This document shows positions 10,201 to 20,250 of a stretch of 64,000 nt of DNA, one piece after another (within the stretch, counting starts at the first letter, position 1; each line of letters starts with the position of its first letter). The DNA comes from Promethearchaeota archaeon. GTDB taxonomy: Archaea > Asgardarchaeota > Lokiarchaeia > Sigyniarchaeales > SOKP01. The notes beneath the pieces are model-generated. The model saw nothing but the letters and a program-made list of their open reading frames with translations. It made no database searches and was not told the origin of the DNA. The translations under genes were made by a program, and so were the position numbers. Location of the stretch: positions 9,857 to 73,856 of the forward strand of contig JAHLWS010000031.1 in the NCBI GenBank assembly GCA_019057795.1. Reading direction: 5' to 3'.

Positions 10201-11313
10201 TTATTGTCGCTCTTTTAGAGCCTTTGCATATCTCTCGTATTTCCTTTTGCCAAAACCAATTACTTTAGCTAGCATCTCTGACTTTTTGACGGATGTGTTA
10301 AATTCGTTTGGCTCTTTAATATAACCTTCTTTTAAAGCATTGTTGTAAATTTCTTCGCCAATTTTAGTTCTTATCACCGTCGTAGTGAATCCATCTTGCG
10401 ACCCTAAACCCCCAAATGAGATGTCTGCATAAACATTGGAAAAGTCTCGGCAAGCGTAGCAAGCTGCTCTAGTAATTCCTCCCAATTCATTAAAACCGAT
10501 GTGGATAGATTTCTGATTTTGAAGCGTTAATATTAAGTCTTCTTTGATATTCATTTTTTCAACTTCGCTAAACGAGAAGTTAAATTTTTCTTCCAATTCT
10601 TTTCGACCTTCAATATTGAAAGAAAAATTTAAATTGCAAAATAGCCCTAAAGTATATTTTATTATGTGTGCTGGCAAAATACTCAATTCTTGCATTTTCC
10701 TAATAGACATAATTTGGCAAGGGGTACCAACGACTGCAATGCTCATCATATCCGAGCTAACGACTTTTTTTAATTTAGCTATTGTAGGAATGAAAGTATT
10801 ATAGTTTTCTAAACCAACAACGCCTTGAGATAAATCAAAATGAGATCCTGCGGCTTCAATTAATTCTTCTTTAGTTGTCGCAAAGAAGGGTACTCGGTTA
10901 AACGGTCCTTCCTTTTTAGAAACTATTGCCCCATTTATTAAATTACGATCTAATAAATAACTGAGAATGGCAGTGACCGCACCTCCATCAGTCGCGTTCT
11001 TTAAAATCTCTTCCGAATTAGCTTTATTCGAAGTAATTTTCAACCAATTACCTATGGATACTTTATATTCGTATCTTTCATTTAACTCCTTATCTAACAC
11101 ATGAGTTTGGGGGCAAATTAAATAACAGATACCACATTTTAAACAATTATCTTTATTATAATACCTTGGAGGACCAGATTCAGACATCTCGATTGCTTTT
11201 ATATCGTGTGCTGAGCAAAAACTTACGCATCCTCCACATTCTCCACAGATTCCAAGTTCGTGAACATCTTTTATTAAATCATCAAAAGATTTTGGTAAAA
11301 CTTCGTCAACCAT
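10201..11313 (-). CDS. F420-binding FrhB/FdhB/FpoF family protein with N-terminal 2[4Fe-4S] domain
   Basis: CGECGGC, CLKCGICYLICP, TDGGAVTA, VGTPCQI, LGLFC, ACYACRDF, ADISFG. Confidence 0.9.
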   Translation of the reverse strand: MVDEVLPKSFDDLIKDVHELGICGECGGCVSFCSAHDIKAIEMSESGPPRYYNKDNCLKCGICYLICPQTHVLDKELNERYEYKVSIGNWLKITSNKANSEEILKNATDGGAVTAILSYLLDRNLINGAIVSKKEGPFNRVPFFATTKEELIEAAGSHFDLSQGVVGLENYNTFIPTIAKLKKVVSSDMMSIAVVGTPCQIMSIRKMQELSILPAHIIKYTLGLFCNLNFSFNIEGRKELEEKFNFSFSEVEKMNIKEDLILTLQNQKSIHIGFNELGGITRAACYACRDFSNVYADISFGGLGSQDGFTTTVIRTKIGEEIYNNALKEGYIKEPNEFNTSVKKSEMLAKVIGFGKRKYERYAKALKERQ

Positions 11314-11367
11314 TTTTTAACCTACCTTTTTTTTATTTTTCTTTTTATTTGAAATTTATTTAATTTT

Positions 11368-12213
11368 TTAATATTCGGTTGGCAATTTTTTAAGCTCTGC
11401 CAAAGAAAAAACGGGACCATCGATACAGACGTATTTATTACCAATATTGCATCTCCCACATTTTCCAACTCCACATTTCATCCTCATTTCTAATGAATTT
11501 AGTATCTGTTCGTCATTAAATTTTAATTCTTCTAGAACGGCTATCGTCGTCTTAATCATGATTGGGGGGCCACACACTACAGCTATAGCGTTATCCGAAG
11601 AAGGGGCTACTTCTTTTACAATAGCGGCTACGAAACCTACTTTTTCTTTCCATCCCTCCTCTTCGCGGTCAATCGTTAAAACCACTTCGATATCGTCGTG
11701 TTTTTTCCATTCTTCTAAAACATTGCGGTACAAAACTTCGCTGGAGTCGCGATTTCCATAAATCACTATGATCTTCTTGTAATCCTTTCTGTGCTTTTCG
11801 TTTAAAAAGTAAATTACGAGGGATCTTAAAGTTGAAAACGCGAATCCCCCACCAATAACCACAATATCCTTACCCTTCATTTCTTCAATAGGCCATCCGT
11901 TTCCAAAAGGTCCTCTTACGCCTACAACATCTCCAATATTACAGTTGTGAAATTCCGATGTTACGGTTCCCATCTTTTTTATAGTAAATTTAATCGAGCC
12001 TTCTTCAGTAGGAGATGAAGCAATTCCTATAGGCGCTTCACCCTTTCCTATTAAACTTATTTCAGCGAATTGACCAGGAATATAATTGAAATTACTATAA
12101 TCTTCTTCTTTCTTAAATTCTAATTCAAGAGTTTTTATGTCATTAACTTTGTTTTCAGAAACAATATTTTTTACAGTGGTTAACATTGGGATATAAAGAT
12201 TAGGCACTTGCAT
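11368..12213 (-). CDS. FAD/NAD(P)-binding 2Fe-2S protein (FlxA/HdrF/AsrB-like)
   Basis: PGQFA, GEAP, RGPFGNG, GGGFA, CGPPIM, MKCGVGKCGRC...VCIDGPVF. Confidence 0.92.
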   Translation of the reverse strand: MQVPNLYIPMLTTVKNIVSENKVNDIKTLELEFKKEEDYSNFNYIPGQFAEISLIGKGEAPIGIASSPTEEGSIKFTIKKMGTVTSEFHNCNIGDVVGVRGPFGNGWPIEEMKGKDIVVIGGGFAFSTLRSLVIYFLNEKHRKDYKKIIVIYGNRDSSEVLYRNVLEEWKKHDDIEVVLTIDREEEGWKEKVGFVAAIVKEVAPSSDNAIAVVCGPPIMIKTTIAVLEELKFNDEQILNSLEMRMKCGVGKCGRCNIGNKYVCIDGPVFSLAELKKLPTEY

Positions 12214-13261
12214 TCTCCTCCTCTTTTATTTTTATATTATTTATTTTATTAATTATTGTTCTGAGATCGTTATTAACTGGGCATACTTGGATACATCGGC
12301 CACACCCCACACATCCAATTATATCGTAATTCAAGGGGTAATAACTAAATTTGTGTAATATACGATTTCGGCATCGCTCAATATTACTATTGCGGGGATT
12401 GTGACCGCTCGTATGAAGCGTATAAAGGCAGAATTGGCAAGTGTCCCAGATTCTTATTCGTCTGCCACGATTCTCGTATTGATCATTCTCATCGATAACA
12501 TCAAAACAAGTGCATGTAGGGCATAAAAATGAACACGATCCACACCCTAAACAATTTTCGCTAATCTCTTCCCAAATTTCGTTGCCAAAATTACTTTCTA
12601 AAATCTCACTCGTGTTAGTTAGATCTAGTTTGGTGGTTATTAACTCTTCTGCGTTCTTTGCTAATTCTTGTGCTTTTTTTATATCTGCTTCAGAAGCTTT
12701 TGAAAGCCATGACAATTGTTGAATTAAGTTATTACCCTTATCACTTATACCTTCTACTAAATATTTATCGCCTAAATCTACTAAAAAGATATCCATATCA
12801 TCTTTTTGGAAGGGATGTCCTTCAATCGATGTACAAAAACATGTGCTTTTTGGAGAATTACAACCAATTCCTATTATTAAGCTATTTTCTCTTTTTTTTA
12901 AGAATATCTCATCTTGGAAATCCCCAAAAGCAAAGAATTTTTCTAACAGATCAAAACTATGAGCATCGCACGGTCTTATACCGAAAAGAATATTTTTTTC
13001 GTCTAAATCTTTTCTATCTTCAATTTCTGTAACATTTTTACCATCAGTTTTAAATTCAAAAAGAACTTCCATCTGTGGAAATAAAATTTCTTTTGGCGGA
13101 ATTTTAGAATTGAAATAATTTAATTCAATTTCTTCCGGGTTTGAAATTTTTCTATAAGCAATATAACCTTTTTCTTTGACGGGAGCAAAGAAATTATATT
13201 CTCCTGATAACTCATTATATAAATTTGCGACCTGCTCTTTCATTAAAATCATTAATTCCAT
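12200..13261 (-). CDS. 4Fe-4S dicluster protein (FlxB/HdrE/AsrA-like)
   Basis: GIRPCD, CFC, CLGCGSCSFLCPTCTC, RIWDTC, CVGCGRCIQVCP. Confidence 0.9.
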   Translation of the reverse strand: MELMILMKEQVANLYNELSGEYNFFAPVKEKGYIAYRKISNPEEIELNYFNSKIPPKEILFPQMEVLFEFKTDGKNVTEIEDRKDLDEKNILFGIRPCDAHSFDLLEKFFAFGDFQDEIFLKKRENSLIIGIGCNSPKSTCFCTSIEGHPFQKDDMDIFLVDLGDKYLVEGISDKGNNLIQQLSWLSKASEADIKKAQELAKNAEELITTKLDLTNTSEILESNFGNEIWEEISENCLGCGSCSFLCPTCTCFDVIDENDQYENRGRRIRIWDTCQFCLYTLHTSGHNPRNSNIERCRNRILHKFSYYPLNYDIIGCVGCGRCIQVCPVNNDLRTIINKINNIKIKEEENASA

Positions 13262-13277
13262 TTTCTCACCACCTATA

Positions 13278-14303
13278 TTAATCCTCTTCCATCATAAATT
13301 CTTCTTTATCATCCATACTAAACGACATCATTGGAGGTACCGTTTCTTTATCCATACCTGAAGTAAAGTTATATCTTTCTTTTACAATTTTCTCTAATTT
13401 TCTTGTTATTAAATTCAAATCTATACCCATGGGGCAAACGCTACTACAAGCGCCACAAGCAACACATCTACCCGCTAAGTGCATAGCTCGATTAAAATGA
13501 AAAGCAAAAATATCTGTAAAATCAGTTGTTTTTCCAAACCAAATGGGTTTATTTTGGTCCACGAAACACAGATTGCAATAACACATCGGACAAACTTCTC
13601 TACACGCATAACATCTCGTACAAGCGCTTAAAGTATCTTTAATATATGCCCATTTTTCTTCAGAAGTTTTGGATTCAAAATCAGAAATATCGTTAAAATC
13701 ATCTTCAACAACGGGATTTTCTAAGCATTCTCCTACACATGAACCATCCACATTAGGAGGGGATTTAACTTTACAAACTTTACATAATTCATTCATATAT
13801 TCGTCGAAAGGACATGTTTCTTCAAAATCTCTTCCCTTTACGATAATATTATTACCCAAAATAGAGGTTTCTAATATTTCTCTTTCTCCTATTTCCTTCT
13901 CAATTCTTTTTCTATTTATTATTCCATTACAGGAAATTCCTATCATTTTAATATTTTCAAAATTAATTTGATTCTCGACGGCTAAATGAATTAATGCTCT
14001 TCCAACGCAACCTTTTGCGACAATACCAACTTTCAATTTTTGACCCTCTTCGTCGTACAGTGTAGGAATTCTAGGAGCTAAATAATTAGCTAAATTTACA
14101 TAACATAAATTATTCCACACCAATTTATCCACATCTTCTTCATTCGTAATGAAAACTGGAGAAGAGCTTAAGGGGACCGTTCCCTTTGTATAACCGATAA
14201 TAACATCAACTTCCTTTTCTCTAAGCAAATTCCTTGCTAATTCTTTAATCTTATTTTCGATGTCTTGGTTTTCTGATTCAATATCTCCCATTTTTATCAC
14301 CAT
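13278..14303 (-). CDS. FdhB-like 4Fe-4S protein (FlxC-like)
   Basis: GIVAKGC, CTRCYACREVCPMCYC, HLAGRCVACGACSSVCP. Confidence 0.85.
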   Translation of the reverse strand: MVIKMGDIESENQDIENKIKELARNLLREKEVDVIIGYTKGTVPLSSSPVFITNEEDVDKLVWNNLCYVNLANYLAPRIPTLYDEEGQKLKVGIVAKGCVGRALIHLAVENQINFENIKMIGISCNGIINRKRIEKEIGEREILETSILGNNIIVKGRDFEETCPFDEYMNELCKVCKVKSPPNVDGSCVGECLENPVVEDDFNDISDFESKTSEEKWAYIKDTLSACTRCYACREVCPMCYCNLCFVDQNKPIWFGKTTDFTDIFAFHFNRAMHLAGRCVACGACSSVCPMGIDLNLITRKLEKIVKERYNFTSGMDKETVPPMMSFSMDDKEEFMMEED

Positions 14304-14758
14304 TTTTTCTCAAATTTTTTATTTGGTCCCAGTTTTTTAACCAACTTGGTGGTTTTTCTTATCAAAACAGCAAAACGTTCACCTTCAGCAGCAGAAGCCC
14401 ACATAAAATTAACTCTATCTGGTTCAATTCCAAAGAATTCTAATAGATCCTTTAAAATTCCAAACCTTCTTCTAGCTACTAAATTTCCTGTTAAATAATG
14501 ACAATCTCCGGGATGGCATCCAGAAACCAGAACTCCATCCCATCCATCTAATAAAGCTTTTACTATAAAATAAGGATTTATTCTACCTGAACATGGAACT
14601 CTAACTACTCTAATATTTGGAGGGTATTGAATTCTACTCACTCCTGCTAGATCAGCTCCTGCATAGGAACACCAATTGCATAAAAATGCTAATATCTTAG
14701 GTTCCCAATCATCATTAATTTCTTTCACTTGTTCTGTTTCACTCGTAATTTCGTTCAT
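14297..14758 (-). CDS. mvhD: MvhD/FlxD-type 2Fe-2S subunit
   Basis: FLCNWCSYAGADLAG, VPCSGR, GCHPGDCHY. Confidence 0.93.
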   Translation of the reverse strand: MNEITSETEQVKEINDDWEPKILAFLCNWCSYAGADLAGVSRIQYPPNIRVVRVPCSGRINPYFIVKALLDGWDGVLVSGCHPGDCHYLTGNLVARRRFGILKDLLEFFGIEPDRVNFMWASAAEGERFAVLIRKTTKLVKKLGPNKKFEKKW

Positions 14759-14762
14759 TTTA

Positions 14763-17700
14763 TTAATTCCTCCCAGTTATCATTGCAAATATTTGTTCAC
14801 CTGTAAAGCCGCGAATGTCAATGGCAGCACACCTGCAGTTACCTGCACATGCCCCACATCCTTTACAGAGTACTGAATTTATATATGCAACTCTACCGAA
14901 TCGCCTATCATCGATTAATTCAATAGCGTTATAGGCGCAATTATCAATACACATTCCACACCCAGTACAACGAGCCATGTCTATCTCTCCGATTTTACCT
15001 TCAACTTCGATCTCATCTTTAGAGAGAATTGTACAAGCCCTTGCAACGGCTGCGTTAGCTTGAGCAATAGAATCCTCAATTGTTTTTGGACAATGTGCTA
15101 ATCCTGCCACAAATACGCCTTCTGTAGCGAAATCTACTGGACGTAGTTTAACATGGGCTTCTAAAAAGAAATTATCGTTGTTTAACGGAACTTTTAGCAT
15201 CATTGCTAAACTCTCGTTATCCTCGCGTTTTGCTATAATACCCGCACTTAAAACTAAAAGATCGGATTCAATTGTAATTTCTCCCATCTTCTGAGTCTTT
15301 AATTTAACTTTTAATACTGAACCTTCTGAAATTATTTCTGGAGGTTCATTTTCTTCGTATTTAATGAATATTACTCCTTTTTCTCGCGCCTCTCGATAAT
15401 ACTTTTCTTTAAACCCATATGTTCTTATATCCCTAAATAAAACTACAACTTCAACGTTTGGATTTTTCCGTTTTGCCAAAAGAGCGTTTTTTATCGCTTC
15501 AGCACAACACATTTTACTGCAATAGGGATGGTCGTCGTTTCTAGAACCAACACACTGGATCATAACTACTGATTTTTTATCGTTAATATCATTAGAAGTG
15601 TTTAATAATTTTTCAAATTCTGATTGTAGAATTACTTTGTTATTCTGACCGTATAAATACTCTGTAGGCAGATGTTCTTTAGCTCCCGTGGCTACAATCA
15701 CCACTCCGTGCTCAAACTCTGCTTTCTCTTTCTTCGAGCCGTGGATAACTGTAGTTTTAAAATTTCCAATATAACCATCAATAATTTCGATTTCTGCTTG
15801 AGTAAAAACACGGATTAATTTGTTTGAATTGATTTTTTCAATTAAATCTGATATAAATTCTTGAACATTGCCACCTTCAAGCGTGTTATATATATGTCGA
15901 GCAAATCCCCCTAATTCTTTTTGTTTTTCAACTAAAAACGTTTCATATCCTTGCGTTGCAAAATTAAGTGCAGCAACCATTCCACTAATTCCCCCGCCAA
16001 CAATTAGAGTCTTTTGAGTTACTGGTAATTTTATCCTTTCGATAGCCTCAATATTTCTTGCTTTATTTACAGCCATCCTCACAAGGTCCTTCGCCTTTTC
16101 GGTTGCTTTGTCCCACTCGTTCATGTGAACCCAAGAACATTGATCTCTGATATTTGCCATTTGAAATAAATATCTGTTTAAACCTGCTTCTCTAATTGTT
16201 TCTTGAAACAACGGTTCGTGAGTTCTTGGCGTACAAGAAGCAACAACAACGCGGTTAAGGTGATATTCCTTTATTATATCTTTTATTATTGTCTGAGTAT
16301 CTGCGGAACATGTATATAAATTATTATCAGCTAAAACTACATTTGGAAGATTACTTGCATATTTGGTAACTTCCGGTACATCTAAAAAGCCCCCTATGTT
16401 GATTCCACAGTAACAGATAAACACACCAATTCTGGGTGGTTGACCTCTTACAAATATCTCTGGAGGAAGCGTTTTTTCTGTTATTAATGTACCTTTCTTT
16501 TCGTATAAAAGTTGATTAACGCAACCAGCAGCAGCGCTAGCTTGCGTAACTGTATCTGGAATGTCTTTAGGTGAAGAAAAAGCTCCACAAGCAAATATTC
16601 CCGGTTTTGATGTTTGTACCGGGTTAAAAACATCTGTCATAGCAAAATCATATTCATTTAATTCTATGCCGAACTTCTCTGCAAGAAATTTAGCGTCGTT
16701 AGGAGGATTTAAACCAACAGCAAGGACTACCATGTGATAATCTTCTTCTACTATTGTACCATCTTCCGTTTCATATTTAATTCTTAAGTCTTTCGTTTCT
16801 TGTACTTCGGTTATTGAAGATACACGGCTTCTAATATAGCGAACTCCATATTGTTCTTGTGCCCGAATAATGTATTTATCAAAATCTTTACCATATGCCC
16901 TTACATCCATGCTAAAAATCGTTGGTTTTATTTGATGCATGTGTTCATGGGCAATTACTGCTTCTTTCGCAGTATACATACAACATACTGACGAACAATA
17001 GGGCTTTCCTTTACCTGTATAATCACGAGAGCCTATACATTGAAGGAATGCTACTTTTTCTGGGACATCTCCGTCCGAGGGTCGTAATACTCTCCCCGCG
17101 TAAGGACCACTAGCACTTAAAATTCTTTCAAACTCTATGCTCGTAACTACATTCTTATACTTTCCATATCCATAAAGATTACCTTCTGATGGAACGTATT
17201 CGTCAAATCCCGGAGCCAATATTATTGCACCAACATTAATTTCGATGTTCTCGTCTTTTCTATCGTATTCTATGGCTTTTGCTTTGCAGACTCCTTGACA
17301 TATTCCACAACCAATACAATAATTTTTATCAATAGCAAATACGAGAGGTACCGCTTGAGGATATTTAACTGATGTTGCTGCGTATTTCGCTAAACCTTCG
17401 TTAAATACATCAATCGCTTCAACAGGACACTCGCGACCACACACTCCACAGCCAGTGCATTTTTCAGGGTTTATATATAACGTTTTTTTTAGTACTTTAA
17501 TTGTAAAATTTCCAGCTTCTCCTATAACCTCTTGAATTTCACAATTAATACTTAAATCTATGTTCTGGTGTCGCCCGGTTTCAACTAACTTAGGACTTAC
17601 AATACACATCGCACAATCGTTCGTAGGAAATGTTTTATCCAGCTGTGCCATTACACCACCAATGCTCGTCGTGGATTCAATCAAATAAACTTTATATCCC

Positions 17701-17777
17701 GAATCTGCTAAGTCTAATGCCGCTTGCGAACCTCCAATTCCAGCGCCCACAACCATTACTGCCCCAATCTTTTCCAT
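14763..17777 (-). CDS. hdrA: Large heterodisulfide reductase subunit A family flavoprotein (two FAD modules)
   Basis: GAGIGG, QLDKTFPTNDC, QCIGSR...CSSVCCMY, CTPRTHEPLF, second GGGISG, FLEAHVKLRPVD, C-terminal ferredoxin. Confidence 0.95.
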   Translation of the reverse strand: MEKIGAVMVVGAGIGGSQAALDLADSGYKVYLIESTTSIGGVMAQLDKTFPTNDCAMCIVSPKLVETGRHQNIDLSINCEIQEVIGEAGNFTIKVLKKTLYINPEKCTGCGVCGRECPVEAIDVFNEGLAKYAATSVKYPQAVPLVFAIDKNYCIGCGICQGVCKAKAIEYDRKDENIEINVGAIILAPGFDEYVPSEGNLYGYGKYKNVVTSIEFERILSASGPYAGRVLRPSDGDVPEKVAFLQCIGSRDYTGKGKPYCSSVCCMYTAKEAVIAHEHMHQIKPTIFSMDVRAYGKDFDKYIIRAQEQYGVRYIRSRVSSITEVQETKDLRIKYETEDGTIVEEDYHMVVLAVGLNPPNDAKFLAEKFGIELNEYDFAMTDVFNPVQTSKPGIFACGAFSSPKDIPDTVTQASAAAGCVNQLLYEKKGTLITEKTLPPEIFVRGQPPRIGVFICYCGINIGGFLDVPEVTKYASNLPNVVLADNNLYTCSADTQTIIKDIIKEYHLNRVVVASCTPRTHEPLFQETIREAGLNRYLFQMANIRDQCSWVHMNEWDKATEKAKDLVRMAVNKARNIEAIERIKLPVTQKTLIVGGGISGMVAALNFATQGYETFLVEKQKELGGFARHIYNTLEGGNVQEFISDLIEKINSNKLIRVFTQAEIEIIDGYIGNFKTTVIHGSKKEKAEFEHGVVIVATGAKEHLPTEYLYGQNNKVILQSEFEKLLNTSNDINDKKSVVMIQCVGSRNDDHPYCSKMCCAEAIKNALLAKRKNPNVEVVVLFRDIRTYGFKEKYYREAREKGVIFIKYEENEPPEIISEGSVLKVKLKTQKMGEITIESDLLVLSAGIIAKREDNESLAMMLKVPLNNDNFFLEAHVKLRPVDFATEGVFVAGLAHCPKTIEDSIAQANAAVARACTILSKDEIEVEGKIGEIDMARCTGCGMCIDNCAYNAIELIDDRRFGRVAYINSVLCKGCGACAGNCRCAAIDIRGFTGEQIFAMITGRN

Positions 17778-17781
17778 AATC

Positions 17782-18552
17782 TTATCTCACCCATAACCTC
17801 ATAAATATTGGTGTATTTCCTTTAATCTCTTGAAAGTCAACTTGACCGCGAGTTTTTAAAGTTAATACATGCTCTAAAACTATACTCGGATCAATTTCTA
17901 ACTCGACCGCTAAATCTTTTACAGAATTCGAATCTTTTTCTAAAGCAAGTAAAACTCGGTGCCGCTCAAATTCATCTTGTATTGCTTTATCCATTAAAAT
18001 GTTAAACCTCTGCTCAATGATTTGTTCCCCATAGACATTTTCACTTTCAAGTAGTGTTTTCTCTCTTCCTACTAATGCTCGCATCCTATTACTACCCGCG
18101 GCCAATTTCATTGCTTTAAGCTTATCGCCTATATATTCGTCGGGTTTCCCTCCACTTAGGGGTGAGGGACCTAACTCTTTAATTTGATTAATGAATTCGG
18201 TTACAACCTCACCAAACCTAATACCTTCCGAAGCAGAAACCCAATCTAATCTCACTCTTTTATCAAAGTTAATATATTTAAGAAATTTTTGGGTCATATC
18301 AAATTTAGTTATTGCTTCGTAATTTCCTTCAAGATAATGGCAATCTCCGGGGTGACATCCCATTACAAATACTCCATCGATTCCTAATTCAAAAGCGTGA
18401 AAAATAAATTTAGGGTCAACTCGACCGCTACACATGACTCTAATTACTCGCATATTCGTGGGGTATTGAATTCTGCTAACGCCTGCTAAATCGGCACCGG
18501 CATAGGAGCACCAATTACATAAAAAACCTAAAATTTTGGGTTCAAAACTCAT
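17782..18552 (-). CDS. mvhD: MvhD domain fused to a C-terminal helical/wHTH extension
   Basis: CNWCSYAGAD, CSGR, GCHPGDCHY; C-terminus SVKDLAVELEIDPSIVLEHVLTLKTRGQV is HTH-like. Confidence 0.88.
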   Translation of the reverse strand: MSFEPKILGFLCNWCSYAGADLAGVSRIQYPTNMRVIRVMCSGRVDPKFIFHAFELGIDGVFVMGCHPGDCHYLEGNYEAITKFDMTQKFLKYINFDKRVRLDWVSASEGIRFGEVVTEFINQIKELGPSPLSGGKPDEYIGDKLKAMKLAAGSNRMRALVGREKTLLESENVYGEQIIEQRFNILMDKAIQDEFERHRVLLALEKDSNSVKDLAVELEIDPSIVLEHVLTLKTRGQVDFQEIKGNTPIFMRLWVR

Positions 18553-18554
18553 CT

Positions 18555-20246
18555 TTATTGCCCTCCAAAAGCTTCAATTTCAGAAAAAATTTGATCATCT
18601 GTAAAATGTTTTATCACAATTGCTTGATTCGTACAAGTTGCACCACACACTCCGCATCCTTTACATAATGCTTCTATAATTTCAATCTCATCATTTTCAT
18701 TTTTGATAATTGCATTAAAAGGACAAACTTTGATACATATTTCGCAACCACTACACAAACTTTTATTATATTCGGGTAAACTTGATGTTGCTCCTTCTAC
18801 TTCGAGCGATTCATGAGACAAAACTCTGCTTGCCCTAGCCGCAGCAGCATATCCTTGAGTAATAGCTTCTGTTATATCTACAGGCCATTTAGCCGAACCA
18901 CCAATATAGATCCCATCTGTGGCAAAATCGTTAGGACGTAGTTTTACATGTGCCTCCAAAAAGAATTTGTTAGCTTCTAAAGGGACCTTTAGCATTTGAG
19001 CAAGTTCTTTATTATCGTTATTCGCAACTAACGGTGTTGATAACACAAGTAAATCATATGGAAGGATCAATTCTTCCCCCATATATTCGTTAAATACTTT
19101 TACATGGTCTTCTTCTACAGTTGGTATTTTATCAAGATTGTATTTAATAAAGAGTACGCCTTGTTCCCTTGCGTCTCTATAATATTTCTCGTAATCTGTT
19201 CCAGGAGTATATAAATCTCTAAATAAGATCGTAATATTTGCTTCAGGATTTTTCTCTTTAATAATTAAAGCATTTTTTAAAGCCGTCATGCAACAAACGC
19301 TTGAACAGTATGGGCGTTCGTCAATTCGAGAACCTACGCACTGTATCATTACAAAATTATTTGCTTTTACAACGTTATTTATAAATTTATTCTCTAATTC
19401 AAATTGCGTGATTCTTGTTTTACCGTCGTACCCATATAAATCGGTAGGCGTAAAAAGTGAAGAACCTACAGCAACTATTATAGCACCTACGGACAATTCA
19501 ATCTTCTTTCCGTTTTGTTCTACTTCTACCTCGAAATTACCTACAAATCCATCAATATTTTTAACTATGGTAGATGTTAAAATTTGCAAATTTTGAGCAT
19601 TTTGAACATTATTTTTAATTTTACCTAAAAAATCTGAAGCGTCTAATTGATGAGGAAAGAGTTTATGTAACGAATTTAACCTTCCTCCTAATTTATCTTC
19701 TTTTTCAATTAAATAGGTTTGAAATCCTTGTCTGCTTAAATTAAGCGCCGCACTCATTCCAGCGACACCTCCGCCAATTACTAAAGCGGACGGATTAACG
19801 CTTACCATGACTATATCGAGTGCTTCAAGTTTTACGGCTTTAGCAGTTCCCATCCTAATTAAATCTTGAGCTTTTTTATAAGCTTCCTCGGGCTGCTTTT
19901 GATGTACCCAAGTACATTGATCACGAATATTAACAAAGTTAAAGAGATATTTGTTTAAGCCTGCTTCGGAAACACAATCTCGGAATAAGGGCTCGTGAGT
20001 TCTTGGCGTACAAGATGCTACAACAACGCGATTTAAATTATGTTCTTCGATTGCCGCCTTAATACTCGCTAAACCGTTTTCTGAACAAGTATATAGGTTA
20101 TCCTCTGCATAGGTAACATTTGGAAGACTTTTTGCTTCTTCAGCTAAAGTCTTGCAGTCTATCAAACCACCTATATTAGAACCACAATGACATACAAATA
20201 CTCCCACCCTTACGTCTTCAATATCTTTCTTTTCTTCTTCAGACAT
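18555..20246 (-). CDS. hdrA: HdrA family protein, C-terminal half of a split large HdrA
   Basis: VGVFVCHCG, CTPRTHEPLF, GGGVAG, QCVGSR, FLEAHVKLRP, ferredoxin. Confidence 0.92.
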   Translation of the reverse strand: MSEEEKKDIEDVRVGVFVCHCGSNIGGLIDCKTLAEEAKSLPNVTYAEDNLYTCSENGLASIKAAIEEHNLNRVVVASCTPRTHEPLFRDCVSEAGLNKYLFNFVNIRDQCTWVHQKQPEEAYKKAQDLIRMGTAKAVKLEALDIVMVSVNPSALVIGGGVAGMSAALNLSRQGFQTYLIEKEDKLGGRLNSLHKLFPHQLDASDFLGKIKNNVQNAQNLQILTSTIVKNIDGFVGNFEVEVEQNGKKIELSVGAIIVAVGSSLFTPTDLYGYDGKTRITQFELENKFINNVVKANNFVMIQCVGSRIDERPYCSSVCCMTALKNALIIKEKNPEANITILFRDLYTPGTDYEKYYRDAREQGVLFIKYNLDKIPTVEEDHVKVFNEYMGEELILPYDLLVLSTPLVANNDNKELAQMLKVPLEANKFFLEAHVKLRPNDFATDGIYIGGSAKWPVDITEAITQGYAAAARASRVLSHESLEVEGATSSLPEYNKSLCSGCEICIKVCPFNAIIKNENDEIEIIEALCKGCGVCGATCTNQAIVIKHFTDDQIFSEIEAFGGQ

Positions 20247-20250
20247 TTTT

